The notes under the pieces are model-generated. The model was not told the DNA's origin, searched no databases, and was given only the letters and a program-made list of their open reading frames with translations. From Oscillospiraceae bacterium (GTDB lineage Bacteria; Bacillota; Clostridia; Oscillospirales; Ruminococcaceae): a stretch of 38,687 bases of DNA. The stretch is from NCBI GenBank assembly GCA_017460285.1, contig JAFUBI010000132.1, forward strand, positions 1 through 38,687. Reading direction: 5' to 3'. The position numbers and the translations under genes were made by a program. Below are positions 1-8,689 of this stretch, piece by piece; position 1 is the stretch's first letter; each line of letters opens with the position of its first letter.

Positions 1-323
1 ATGCGGTCCTGAATGCCAACGATCCCTCTCTTCTTTCTCCGGACAGCATGAAGGAAGCATTTGACGCGCTTCTGAATGAGAGACTGACGAGCATAGGTGA
101 CTATTTCCGCTGTGCTTACCGATCCCTGGCTCTGAGTTATAACGAAGCGATACTGGAACTGGAAAGAAATACCGGAAAGCGTTACAGCAAACTCTATATC
201 GTCGGCGGAGGAGCGAAGAATCTGTTCCTGAACGAACTGACGCAGCAGGCTACCGGAAAACAGGTAGTTGCTCTTCCCATCGAGGCGACAGCTCTCGGCA
301 ACTTATCCATACAACTAAAATAA
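1..323 (+). CDS. rhaB: C-terminal fragment of an FGGY-family sugar kinase, most like rhamnulokinase (5' end lies outside the window)
   Basis: Frame 3 is open from base 3 to the TAA at 321-323. The motif LYIVGGGAKNxFLNxL...PIEATALGN resembles the RhaB C-terminus (HIVGGGCQN...PVEASTLGN). Confidence 0.7.
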   Translation, partial: AVLNANDPSLLSPDSMKEAFDALLNERLTSIGDYFRCAYRSLALSYNEAILELERNTGKRYSKLYIVGGGAKNLFLNELTQQATGKQVVALPIEATALGNLSIQLK

Positions 324-342
324 CTCCACATTTGAAATGAAA

Positions 343-379
343 AAGACCAGGTATCCCGTCCGATGAGATACCTGGTCTT
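343..379. terminator. Bidirectional hairpin between convergent genes
   Basis: 13-bp perfect stem aagaccaggtatc (343-355) / gatacctggtctt (367-379). It is flanked by an A-run upstream and tc/t-rich sequence downstream. Confidence 0.7.
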
Positions 380-394
380 CCTATAATGCTGCTT

Positions 395-1663
395 TCAGGA
401 GTACGACAGCAGGATCTCCACTAAGATCTTGATCCCCGTGATATAGTCCTCCTCATCGATCCATTCTTTTCCCACGGTGCCTCGTTTTGGCAGGATGCAT
501 GACGGACCGATCCCGATGCAGTGGCTTCCGCCGAATACCATGGGGAAACGAATATCGCTTCCTGCGTGGTACTGGTGGATGAACTCCATAGGTCCGCAGA
601 TCTCCGTGATACAGTTTTCGACGAAGTTTACAAAGGGGTGATCGTTCGGAACGATAGCGGGTGTCGCTTTCATGTCCCCGTATTCCAGTGTCCAATCTTC
701 CGTATAGCCGGATTCCTGCATCTTCGTTCCGAGGAAAGATGCGAGACCTTCTTTGACGGACTGTGGAGTAAGGGGGTGGTAGAATCGGCAGCGCATCCGG
801 ATCTCCGCTTTAAGAGCAACTTCTCCATAGCCGGCATCGGATTGAACGGAGCCGATATTCAGAAGGAAGGACGGCTCCCCTTTGAATGAGCCGAAATCGA
901 AAAGGTTCGTATCCCGCATGTGCTGATCGTATTCCTCGAGCCAGCCGATGGCTTTTCCAGCCCAAAGATTGGCGTTGATCCCTGCAGACAGATCGTCGTG
1001 GGGAATACCGGGTCTGCCGGTCAATGTGAGTTTGAGGTCCACAACACCGAGGGAGATGTTCTTGATCTCTTGGAATCCGTGTCCGGTCTCAGCAGGATGA
1101 AGATAGATCGTATTCTGCGCGTTGTATCCCCGCTGCATGGCGGTGAGCGTCCCGTATGCTCCTCCATGTTTTCCCAGGATGGAGAGGACCGTCAGGTCGT
1201 AAGGCAGAGAGGGCTTGAAGAGGAGTGCGACCTTGAGGGCTTCCAGCATCATGGCGATACCGCCTTTGTCATCCGCAGCTCCCAGACCGTAGATCTTGCC
1301 GGATTCCCGTTCAGCAAGGAAAGGTTGCTCTTTTTTGCCGAAAGCATCCTCTGCTTCCGTGTCTATATGCGCAAACAGCATGAGCGATGGCGCATCTCCG
1401 GTTCCCTTACGTTTCCCAGCGACATTGTAGGCGTTCGTGTCGTAAGAGATGCCAGGCTCGCAATAGTCCGGATGAGACCGCACAGCATCCAGATCTCCTG
1501 GAAAGGCTTCGGTCACAAACCCCATGGCATCCAATTTGTTCTGTACAAGTCGCTGTGCTGTAGTTGGACCCAGATCGGGACTTGGTGTCTCGATGAGTTC
1601 CATCAAAGTTGCGATCATCTCTTCGCGATTGTCGTCGATATAGCGGTTGATGTTGGCGTCCAT
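395..1663 (-). CDS. M20-family (ArgE/DapE/CPG2-like) metallohydrolase homologue with a non-canonical active-site pattern
   Basis: 422-aa ORF with an AGGAGG RBS upstream of the ATG at 1663. It carries the M20 motifs FAHIDT (HxD) and GLGAADDKGG. The expected DEE motif reads GKH (see findings). Confidence 0.8.
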   Translation of the reverse strand: MDANINRYIDDNREEMIATLMELIETPSPDLGPTTAQRLVQNKLDAMGFVTEAFPGDLDAVRSHPDYCEPGISYDTNAYNVAGKRKGTGDAPSLMLFAHIDTEAEDAFGKKEQPFLAERESGKIYGLGAADDKGGIAMMLEALKVALLFKPSLPYDLTVLSILGKHGGAYGTLTAMQRGYNAQNTIYLHPAETGHGFQEIKNISLGVVDLKLTLTGRPGIPHDDLSAGINANLWAGKAIGWLEEYDQHMRDTNLFDFGSFKGEPSFLLNIGSVQSDAGYGEVALKAEIRMRCRFYHPLTPQSVKEGLASFLGTKMQESGYTEDWTLEYGDMKATPAIVPNDHPFVNFVENCITEICGPMEFIHQYHAGSDIRFPMVFGGSHCIGIGPSCILPKRGTVGKEWIDEEDYITGIKILVEILLSYS

Positions 1664-1771
1664 TTGTCCATGCCTCCTGCGCGTCGTTATCCTTTCTTGA
1701 ATTATAGCGACCCAGTCGACTTTAGTTCAATATCGTGCTAAAGTAAGAGCAACAGAAAGAGAGGGCAAGCG

Positions 1772-2125
1772 ATGGACGATACATTTGAACTGTATGACTT
1801 GAAAGTTGAGGTCACGGAGGGAGAGAAGCCTTATGTGTGCGGTCACCACACGGGGGACTATTTCCTCGTTCAGGGGGAGAACCTGGTGTTTGAGAAAAGC
1901 AGTTCTTTCTCTATGTATGCGCTCAGTGCGATCCTTCCTCTTCTTCCTGCAAAACAGCGAAAACTGGACAAGAACGATTGGATGTACACCGACTCGTATA
2001 TCGCTTGTCCGGATCCCAACTGCGGCGCAAGGTTTAAGATCAGCCGCACAGGAGTCCGAGTATTATCACACGGGGAATGCACAGTCGTGCCATTGGAGGG
2101 CGTAAAGAATGGAGCAGAAGAATAG
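1772..2125 (+). CDS. Small Cys/His-rich protein, probably TIGR04076 family
   Basis: 117-aa ORF. The pattern VxV...YVCGHHTGDYFxVxG...ALSAILPLLPA...IACPDPNCGARFKIxR matches my recollection of the TIGR04076 family. The stop is TAG, and the ORF overlaps the next gene by 17 nt. Confidence 0.6.
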   Translation: MDDTFELYDLKVEVTEGEKPYVCGHHTGDYFLVQGENLVFEKSSSFSMYALSAILPLLPAKQRKLDKNDWMYTDSYIACPDPNCGARFKISRTGVRVLSHGECTVVPLEGVKNGAEE

Positions 2126-3158
2126 ATTTTCCAACGGATATGAGTTTAACCGCATCATCAACGGGTGCTGGCAGCTTTCTGCGGAACATTGCCTTCAGGG
2201 TTCTCTGGACATCGACGATGCCATTTACGCTTTCCATCAGCTGAAAGACAAAGGGTTCACGACTTTTGACTGTGCGGATATCTATACCGGAGTGGAGGAG
2301 ATCCTTGGAAGATTCGTCAATGAACTGAAGGCTTCCGGGAACTATCAGGAGGAAGATATACAGATCCATACGAAGTTCGTGCCGGACAGATCGATCCTTC
2401 CGGTCATCAACAGTGAGTACACGGAAAAGATCGTGGACCGCTCACTCAAGAGGATGCACCGTGAGGCGATAGACCTGATCCAGTTCCATTGGTGGGACTA
2501 CGATATCCCCGGATATATGGACGCGGCGCTGGATCTCGTGAAGCTCCAGAAAAAGGGAAAGATCCGCAACATCGGCATGTGCAACATGGATACCCAGAGA
2601 CTCAAGGAATTCGTGGAAGCCGGGATCCCTGTCGTATCCAATCAGGCACAATACTCCATGTTTGACCGCAGACCGGAGAAGACTCTTCTGGAATACAGCA
2701 GGGAACACGGTATCTACACATTTTGCTACGGAACTTTGGCTGGAGGTTTTCTGGACGAGAGGTACCTGGGTAAGCCATATATCGCTCCAGAGACACGTTC
2801 ACAGGTCAAATATATGCAGATCATCGAGGATACGCTCACCTGGGATGGACTTCAGGAACTGCTGAAACTGCTGCATGAGATCGCACAGGAAGATGGCGTA
2901 TCCATTGCGAACGTTGCTACGCAGTATATCCTCAGGCAGGAAGGCGTCGGGGCCGTCATGGTGGGAACAAGAAATTCCAAACACATCGACTCCAACGTGA
3001 AAACATTGAATTTCGAATTGACAGAGAAACAGATCGAGCGCATCCGCGCGTTTTTGTCCTCGTACCCGATCCTTCCGGGGGACTGCTTCGGTCTGGAGAG
3101 GACGTCTCCGAGATATCTGGGGATCCTGCTGATGGATCTCAACAAGGAAGAAGCATAG
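2109..3158 (+). CDS. Aldo/keto reductase
   Basis: 349 aa. AKR catalytic contexts are present: FDCADIYTG (Asp, Tyr), HTKF (Lys), LIQFHWWD (His). Confidence 0.9.
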   Translation: MEQKNRFSNGYEFNRIINGCWQLSAEHCLQGSLDIDDAIYAFHQLKDKGFTTFDCADIYTGVEEILGRFVNELKASGNYQEEDIQIHTKFVPDRSILPVINSEYTEKIVDRSLKRMHREAIDLIQFHWWDYDIPGYMDAALDLVKLQKKGKIRNIGMCNMDTQRLKEFVEAGIPVVSNQAQYSMFDRRPEKTLLEYSREHGIYTFCYGTLAGGFLDERYLGKPYIAPETRSQVKYMQIIEDTLTWDGLQELLKLLHEIAQEDGVSIANVATQYILRQEGVGAVMVGTRNSKHIDSNVKTLNFELTEKQIERIRAFLSSYPILPGDCFGLERTSPRYLGILLMDLNKEEA

Positions 3159-3179
3159 CCGTAAACATCATATACAAAA

Positions 3180-3217
3180 AACAGCTCTCCTATCCGGTTA
3201 GGGAATGGAGAGCTGTT
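3180..3217. terminator. Bidirectional rho-independent terminator
   Basis: Stem aacagctctcc (3180-3190) / ggagagctgtt (3207-3217). An A-run lies upstream and ctcttt downstream. It sits between convergent genes. Confidence 0.7.
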
Positions 3218-3221
3218 CTCT

Positions 3222-4370
3222 TTAGAATTCAAAAAGGTCTCTTGGGAAGTTTGTGAGGAATTCGGCGCCCGTCTCGGTGACGAGGATCATATCCTCAACA
3301 CGCATGTACATCTCACCCTTGAACCACATTTTTGGTTCAGCCGCAAATACCATGCCGGGCTTCAGGATGAAATCGTAGTCTTTGTTCACCATCGGAAATT
3401 CGTGACAGTCGATCCCGATCTGATGTCCCAGCATCTGCTCTTTCTGGAACCGAAGGTCTTCGCCAAATCCGAGTTCCGTCACTCTCTCGTGAACAAGGCG
3501 GTACAGTTCGTTGTTGTTCGTCTGATAAGGAACGATGCTGTCCACCATGTGTTGCAGACCTGCATGCAGTGCTTCGTAAGCTTTCTTGATGCGTTCCGGA
3601 GCCTTTCCGCGATACAGACTTCTGCCCCAATCGGAGCAGTACCCATTGTGCATATAACCGATGTCGAACGCGATACCGGTCTGAGGCTGGAGTTTCCATT
3701 CCCTGTCGTAATATTCCACGTTTTCCGTCGTGATGGTGTTCTGTGTCTTGAATCCGACGGTAGGGGTAAAGGACAAGTCATCGATCCCGTTCATGAGACC
3801 GTATTCGATGACCAGGTTTTCCGCCTCGCGCTGAGTCATTCCGTCTTTCAGGTGTTCGAACACATACATGTTCGCGTCGTCAGTGAACTTTGCCATGAAG
3901 CGCAGTGCCTTGATCTCATCCGGATCCTTGCAGACGCGGATATCTTTCAGGATGTCTTCGGCATCGCTTACCTGGACCTCCGGATCGATCTCGTGAAGCA
4001 TTGCTGAGATATAGTCTTTTGAGGAGATGCCCACTCCCACACGCTTCTCATGGATGAATGGAGCGAGGGCGTCCTCAAATTGATCCATGTAGGATACAGT
4101 CACATGTCCTGGATAGCGGCTCAGGAAGTAATCTTTGTTGTGCCGGTTCGTGAGGATGTTGTATTCACCATTCGCGTTGAGGTACAGGAGGACCTCCGGC
4201 TGAAGGTAAGATGTGTGCCTTCCCTCGATGTTCGTCATGGCGTGTCGCTGCCAGTAATAGTCGTTGCACTCCAGTAAATACTGGAAGTTTGCGCCGATAC
4301 CGTAGACCACGGCTTCCAGATCAGCCTCGGCGATCGCTTTTGCTGCAAGTTGTATCCGATTTTCTTTCAT
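3222..4370 (-). CDS. M24-family Xaa-Pro (amino/di)peptidase
   Basis: 382 aa with an AAGGAG RBS. Pita-bread metal-ligand contexts are present: FDIGYMHNGYCSDWG (Asp, Asp), GHQIGIDCHEFP (His), AAEPKMW (Glu), RVEDMILVT (Glu). Confidence 0.9.
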   Translation of the reverse strand: MKENRIQLAAKAIAEADLEAVVYGIGANFQYLLECNDYYWQRHAMTNIEGRHTSYLQPEVLLYLNANGEYNILTNRHNKDYFLSRYPGHVTVSYMDQFEDALAPFIHEKRVGVGISSKDYISAMLHEIDPEVQVSDAEDILKDIRVCKDPDEIKALRFMAKFTDDANMYVFEHLKDGMTQREAENLVIEYGLMNGIDDLSFTPTVGFKTQNTITTENVEYYDREWKLQPQTGIAFDIGYMHNGYCSDWGRSLYRGKAPERIKKAYEALHAGLQHMVDSIVPYQTNNNELYRLVHERVTELGFGEDLRFQKEQMLGHQIGIDCHEFPMVNKDYDFILKPGMVFAAEPKMWFKGEMYMRVEDMILVTETGAEFLTNFPRDLFEF

Positions 4371-4475
4371 ATAAAACTCCTTTTTGGAATTTCAGTGTAA
4401 TCTTTCTGTGAAACTGCGATGAAAAAGCGCCGAAAAAGGAAATAAAGTTTGGATATTATTTCACCGCCAAAAAGA

Positions 4476-4504
4476 TTTAAATTGTTACTGCGCTAAAGTA
4501 TAAT
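4476..4504 (+). promoter_or_regulatory. Candidate sigma-A promoter for the M24/opp operon
   Basis: TTTAAA (4476-4481), 17 nt spacer, TATAAT (4499-4504), inside an AT-rich divergent intergenic region. Confidence 0.45.
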
Positions 4505-4606
4505 AAGATAACTTATAAAATTGTGCAATATGCTGAGATAATATTTATTTCATTTGTACAACTTTATCACACAAGTTGCATATATACATGACATGAGAGG
4601 GCTAAT

Positions 4607-5800
4607 ATGGGTTTTAGAAGGGAAAAGATTGAGATCGCGTTCGATGCCTTGGCGTTGAAGAATGTCGATCTTTGGATCGTAGCCGGACAGGAATCCGCTA
4701 CCAATACAGAGCCAGCGCTGGATGTCCTAAGCGATACGGAGTTCATTGGGCTTACGGCTCTCATCTTTTCTAAGGACAGAACTTCCAAGGTAGTATGTAC
4801 TCCCATAGATGCCAATGGATATGTGATCACAAAGGTGTTTGATGAGGTCGTTCCTTTCCCGGTACGCTTTCAGGACACTTTGGCTGAAGTGATCCGGGAT
4901 TACGCACCCAAGACGATCGCGTTGGACTTCTCTGAGGAGAATCCGAGTGCAGACGGACTGAGCGTTGGAACATTCAATCTCATACAGGAAGCGCTCGATA
5001 AAGCCGGATTTGAGGGTGAAGTCGTTTCTGCGGATCCTATCGTGGCTCAGGTCAGAGGGATCAAAACAGAGGACGAGATCCAGAAGATCCGCAAGGCATG
5101 CGCTGAGACCCAGGTGGTCTTCGAAGCGGCAAAAGATTTTATTCGCCCTGGAATGAACTGTCAGGACATTTACGCTTTCTTCCAGAACGAAGTCGAGAGA
5201 AAAGGTTTCGGCTACTCTTGGCCGGCAAGTGCCAACCCCGGTGTAAACAGCGGGTTTGGTTGCCCGGGAGGGCACGTGGGAGCACCGGACTGGCCTGTTC
5301 AGAAAGGGGATCTGGTCAATGTGGATTTCGGGATCATCCTGGACGGCTACAGTTCCGATATCCAGAGGATGTACTACATCCTGAAAGACGATGAGGAGGA
5401 CGCGCCTCAGGAACTGAAAGACGCTTTCTACGCCGTGAGAGACGGGATCCAGTTGGCAGCGGAAGCGCTGAAGCCCGGAATGACCGGAAATCAGGTCGAC
5501 ACGGTAGCTAGAGAATACATCGTCGGAAAGGGTTATCCGTCCTGGAACGCAGCCCTGGGTCATCAGATCGGAAAAGTTGCCCATGATGGCGGCGTTCTGC
5601 TTGGACCTCGCGCTCCCAGATACAACAAGCCTGAATTGATCGATACACCGATCAGCAAGAATATGGTCTTTACTTTGGAACCGGGCGTTCCAACCAGCGC
5701 AGGACGCGTTGGACTTGAAGAGGATGTTCTGGTGACAGAAAACGGCGGGGAGTTTTTGCTTCCGCCTCAGAGAGAACTATATCTTATCAAAGGAGAATGA
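4607..5800 (+). CDS. M24-family Xaa-Pro dipeptidase-like peptidase (paralogue A)
   Basis: 397 aa. Motifs: VNVDFGIILDGYSSDIQR (Asp, Asp), GHQIGKVAHDGG (His), TLEPGV (Glu), LEEDVLVTENGGEFL (Glu). Confidence 0.9.
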   Translation: MGFRREKIEIAFDALALKNVDLWIVAGQESATNTEPALDVLSDTEFIGLTALIFSKDRTSKVVCTPIDANGYVITKVFDEVVPFPVRFQDTLAEVIRDYAPKTIALDFSEENPSADGLSVGTFNLIQEALDKAGFEGEVVSADPIVAQVRGIKTEDEIQKIRKACAETQVVFEAAKDFIRPGMNCQDIYAFFQNEVERKGFGYSWPASANPGVNSGFGCPGGHVGAPDWPVQKGDLVNVDFGIILDGYSSDIQRMYYILKDDEEDAPQELKDAFYAVRDGIQLAAEALKPGMTGNQVDTVAREYIVGKGYPSWNAALGHQIGKVAHDGGVLLGPRAPRYNKPELIDTPISKNMVFTLEPGVPTSAGRVGLEEDVLVTENGGEFLLPPQRELYLIKGE

Positions 5801-5806
5801 TACGAA

Positions 5807-6730
5807 ATGGCAAGATACATTGCGAAGCGATTGATAGTCGGCGCTTTCACCCTTGTCATACTGGTGACCATCGTGTTTTTCGGCATGAGGATGATGCCAG
5901 GCAGCCCGTTCGCGCAGGAGAATAAATCCAAGTCGGCGGAGCAGATGGCCATGCTCAACGAGAAATACGGATTGGACAAACCAGTTACGGAGCAGTTTGC
6001 GATCTACGTCAAGAACGTGCTGCACGGAGATTTCGGCGAATCCCTTTCGAAAAAAGGTCAGCAGGTGTCAGATATCATCGCAACGAGGATGCCCGTTACA
6101 GCGAAACTTGGCCTGATCGCTTTTGTTTTCGCAATGGGTATGGGGATCTTCCTCGGGATCGTTTCGGCGTTGACCCGTCACAGATGGATCAATTCCGCTA
6201 TTACAGTCATGGCAACGATCGGAGTCTCTGTTCCGGGATTCCTTCTCGCGATGCTGATGATGGTCCTGTTTTCCGTCTATCTTGGCTGGCTTCCCGTTGT
6301 AGGTCTGGATACGCCTGCCAGTTATATCATGCCGGTCCTGGCCCTCTCTTTCAGCCCGATCTCTACGATCGCACGTCTTACAAGATCCTCCCTTAGGGAT
6401 GTCATGTTCTCGGACTACATCACTTTGGCGAGATCCAAGGGCACAAAAGAGAGCGTGATCGTTGTCAAACACGCCTTGAAGAACGCGATCCTCCCCATCG
6501 TGACCTATGCGGGTCCGATGTTCGCCGGGATGATCACCGGGTCCCTTGTCATCGAGACGCTGTTCTCGATCCCGGGAATCGGAAAAGAATTTACGAACAG
6601 CATTTCCAACCGCGATTATACCCTTACGATGGGCTTGACCATACTGCTTGGCACACTGGTCATCGTCATGACACTGGTGTCAGATGTCGTCGCTGCGATC
6701 ATCGACCCGAGAATCAAAGTGGAGAAGTAG
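5807..6730 (+). CDS. Oligopeptide/dipeptide ABC transporter permease (OppB/DppB type)
   Basis: 307 aa. It has an N-terminal TM segment followed by an extracytoplasmic loop, multiple TM segments, and the EAA-type loop LARSKGTKESVIVVKHALKNA. Confidence 0.9.
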   Translation: MARYIAKRLIVGAFTLVILVTIVFFGMRMMPGSPFAQENKSKSAEQMAMLNEKYGLDKPVTEQFAIYVKNVLHGDFGESLSKKGQQVSDIIATRMPVTAKLGLIAFVFAMGMGIFLGIVSALTRHRWINSAITVMATIGVSVPGFLLAMLMMVLFSVYLGWLPVVGLDTPASYIMPVLALSFSPISTIARLTRSSLRDVMFSDYITLARSKGTKESVIVVKHALKNAILPIVTYAGPMFAGMITGSLVIETLFSIPGIGKEFTNSISNRDYTLTMGLTILLGTLVIVMTLVSDVVAAIIDPRIKVEK

Positions 6731-6739
6731 GAGGTAGAC

Positions 6740-7681
6740 ATGGCAGTAGATATAAAGAATCCTGTTGTGGATAATATCGACAGTTCTCTGTTTGAGAAAC
6801 TTCCGGAAGAGGAAAAGAACTCCGAATTCATCGCGTTAGACATCAAGACTTTTTTCCGCGATTCCTGGGATCGCTACAAGAAGAACAAGTTGGCGCTGAT
6901 CGGACTGATCTTCCTCACGATCATGGTTTTAGGGAGCATTTTCGTCCCGATCTTTTCACCTTATGATTTTGAGAGCCAGGATCTGGTGAACAAGAACCAG
7001 CTGCCCAGCGCACAGCACTGGATGGGAACGGATAAGCTGGGGAGAGACATCTTCGTCCGTATCATGTACGGCGGACGCATCTCCTTCGCGATTGCCTTTT
7101 CGACAGCATTTATCTGTCTGGTGATCGGGATCCTGTACGGCGGGATCGCAGGCTATGTTGGCGGAAGAGTGGACATGGTCATGATGAGGATCGTGGATAT
7201 CCTGGATTCCGTACCGACATTGCTATACGTCATCCTGATCCTGCTCATATTCGGAGACTCCATCGGATCCATGATGCTGGCTATCTGCTTCACATCCTGG
7301 ATCGGAATGGCGAGACAGGTCCGCGCACAGATCCAATCCGCGAAAGAGATGGAATATGCCCTGGCAGCAAAAGTGCTCGGTGCTTCCCACCTGAGGATCC
7401 TGCTGAAGCATCTGGTGATCAATTCCATCAGCCCGATCATCGTAAACCTTACTTTGATGGTTCCTTCAGCGATCTTTACCGAATCTTTCCTCAGTTTCGT
7501 AGGTATCGGTTTAAATCCGTCGATCCCCTCCTGGGGAAAACTTGCCAACGACTGCCGCAGTTTGTTCTTTACATATCCGATCCAGATCATCTGGCTGGTC
7601 ACAACAATGTCCCTCACGATACTGTCTCTGAACTTTATCGGTGACGGCATTGGTGAAGCATTCCAGGCAAAGAAGAGGTGA
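6740..7681 (+). CDS. Oligopeptide/dipeptide ABC transporter permease (OppC/DppC type)
   Basis: 313 aa with a GGAGGT RBS. It carries the HWMGTDKLGRD motif typical of OppC N-terminal regions and the EAA loop AAKVLGASHLRILLKHL. Confidence 0.9.
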   Translation: MAVDIKNPVVDNIDSSLFEKLPEEEKNSEFIALDIKTFFRDSWDRYKKNKLALIGLIFLTIMVLGSIFVPIFSPYDFESQDLVNKNQLPSAQHWMGTDKLGRDIFVRIMYGGRISFAIAFSTAFICLVIGILYGGIAGYVGGRVDMVMMRIVDILDSVPTLLYVILILLIFGDSIGSMMLAICFTSWIGMARQVRAQIQSAKEMEYALAAKVLGASHLRILLKHLVINSISPIIVNLTLMVPSAIFTESFLSFVGIGLNPSIPSWGKLANDCRSLFFTYPIQIIWLVTTMSLTILSLNFIGDGIGEAFQAKKR

Positions 7682-7685
7682 GCGT

Positions 7686-8687
7686 ATGTCATTACTGAAA
7701 GTTGAAGATTTGACTACTGTATTCCATACGGATCAAGGAACGGTGCAGGCCGTTCGCGATGTCTCTTTTGAATTGAAGGAAGGAGAGGTGCTCGGTATCG
7801 TCGGTGAGTCCGGAAGCGGGAAGTCCCAGACGATGTATTCCATCATGGGACTGCTTGCAGACAACGGCGTCGTCGAATCCGGAAAAGTCACCTTTGACGG
7901 GGAGGACATCTCCCGTTCCGCATTTGCAACGAAAAAAGAATATGAAGATAAGATGCGCACGATCCGCGGGAACAAGATGGCGATGATCTTTCAGGATCCC
8001 ATGACCTTCCTCAACCCGGTGCTCAGGATCGAGACCCAGTTGGTGGAACCGTTGATGAATCACACTAACATGTCACGCGCAGAAGCAAAGGAGCGCGCAC
8101 TGGAACTGATGCGGATGGTCGGGATCCCATCTCCTGAAAAGAGGATCCGTCAGTATCCGTTCGAGTTCTCAGGCGGAATGCGGCAGAGGATCATCATCGC
8201 GATCGCGCTGACATGCAATCCGAAACTGATCATCGCAGACGAGCCAACCACCGCTTTGGATGTTACGATCCAGGCGCAGGTCCTCGAACTGATCGACAAC
8301 CTGAGAAAAGAGACCAACTCCGCAGTTATCCTGATCACCCACGATCTGGGTGTCGTCGCAAAGCTGTGTGACAGGGTCGCCATCATGTACGGCGGGAAAC
8401 TCGTGGAGATCGGCACGGATAAGGATATCTTCTATGATCCTCAGCATCCGTACACGAAAGGTCTTCTCGAATGCATCGCGAACCCGGAAGATGACGAGGA
8501 CAAGCCTCTCCATCCGATCGCTGGGTCGCCTCCGGATCTGTTGAGTCCTCCTGCAGGATGTCCGTTTGTGGACCGCTGTGAAAAGGCTATGCGGGTCTGT
8601 AAGCAATATATGCCTCCTGTGACCGAATTCAGTGAAGAGCACAAAGCGCGCTGCTGGCTGCAGGATCCAAGGGCGAAGGAGGTATAA
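7686..8687 (+). CDS. Oligopeptide ABC transporter ATP-binding protein (OppD type)
   Basis: Start chosen at ATG 7686 (MSLLKVEDL, preceded by an AGAGGTGA RBS) rather than the track start at 7641. Walker A GESGSGKS, signature FSGGMRQR, Walker B IIADEPTTALD. The C-terminal extension carries four Cys. Confidence 0.9.
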   Translation: MSLLKVEDLTTVFHTDQGTVQAVRDVSFELKEGEVLGIVGESGSGKSQTMYSIMGLLADNGVVESGKVTFDGEDISRSAFATKKEYEDKMRTIRGNKMAMIFQDPMTFLNPVLRIETQLVEPLMNHTNMSRAEAKERALELMRMVGIPSPEKRIRQYPFEFSGGMRQRIIIAIALTCNPKLIIADEPTTALDVTIQAQVLELIDNLRKETNSAVILITHDLGVVAKLCDRVAIMYGGKLVEIGTDKDIFYDPQHPYTKGLLECIANPEDDEDKPLHPIAGSPPDLLSPPAGCPFVDRCEKAMRVCKQYMPPVTEFSEEHKARCWLQDPRAKEV

Positions 8688-8689
8688 AG

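Noticed and set aside
1733-1745. A shared 9-mer, GCTAAAGTA, lies upstream of both plus-strand operons (1736-1744 and 4492-4500) and could be a common operator.
   Set aside because: A single 9-nt match between two AT-rich spacers is near chance expectation (rough estimate about 0.1). In both cases it overlaps the likely -10 region, so promoter similarity explains it.
4390-4530. CodY-box-like sequences (AATTTTCWGAAAATT) in the opp/M24 control region.
   Set aside because: The best candidates match only about 9 of 15 positions by eye, which is not distinguishable from AT-rich background.
6728-6742. The OppB-type permease TAG stop is in frame with the start of the OppC-type permease, which could suggest a readthrough fusion.
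   Set aside because: A one-in-three frame coincidence is enough to explain it. A strong GGAGGT RBS and an ATG for the second permease sit in the 9-nt gap, so these are ordinary separate cistrons.
7641-7685. N-terminal extensions implied by the longest-ORF starts in the track (7641, 14127, 23139, 24385, 28554, 29230, 29691, 29841, 31207, 31637, 37940).
   Set aside because: In each case an internal ATG has a good Shine-Dalgarno sequence, begins the conserved N-terminus of the family (or the signal peptide), and removes large overlaps with the upstream gene.
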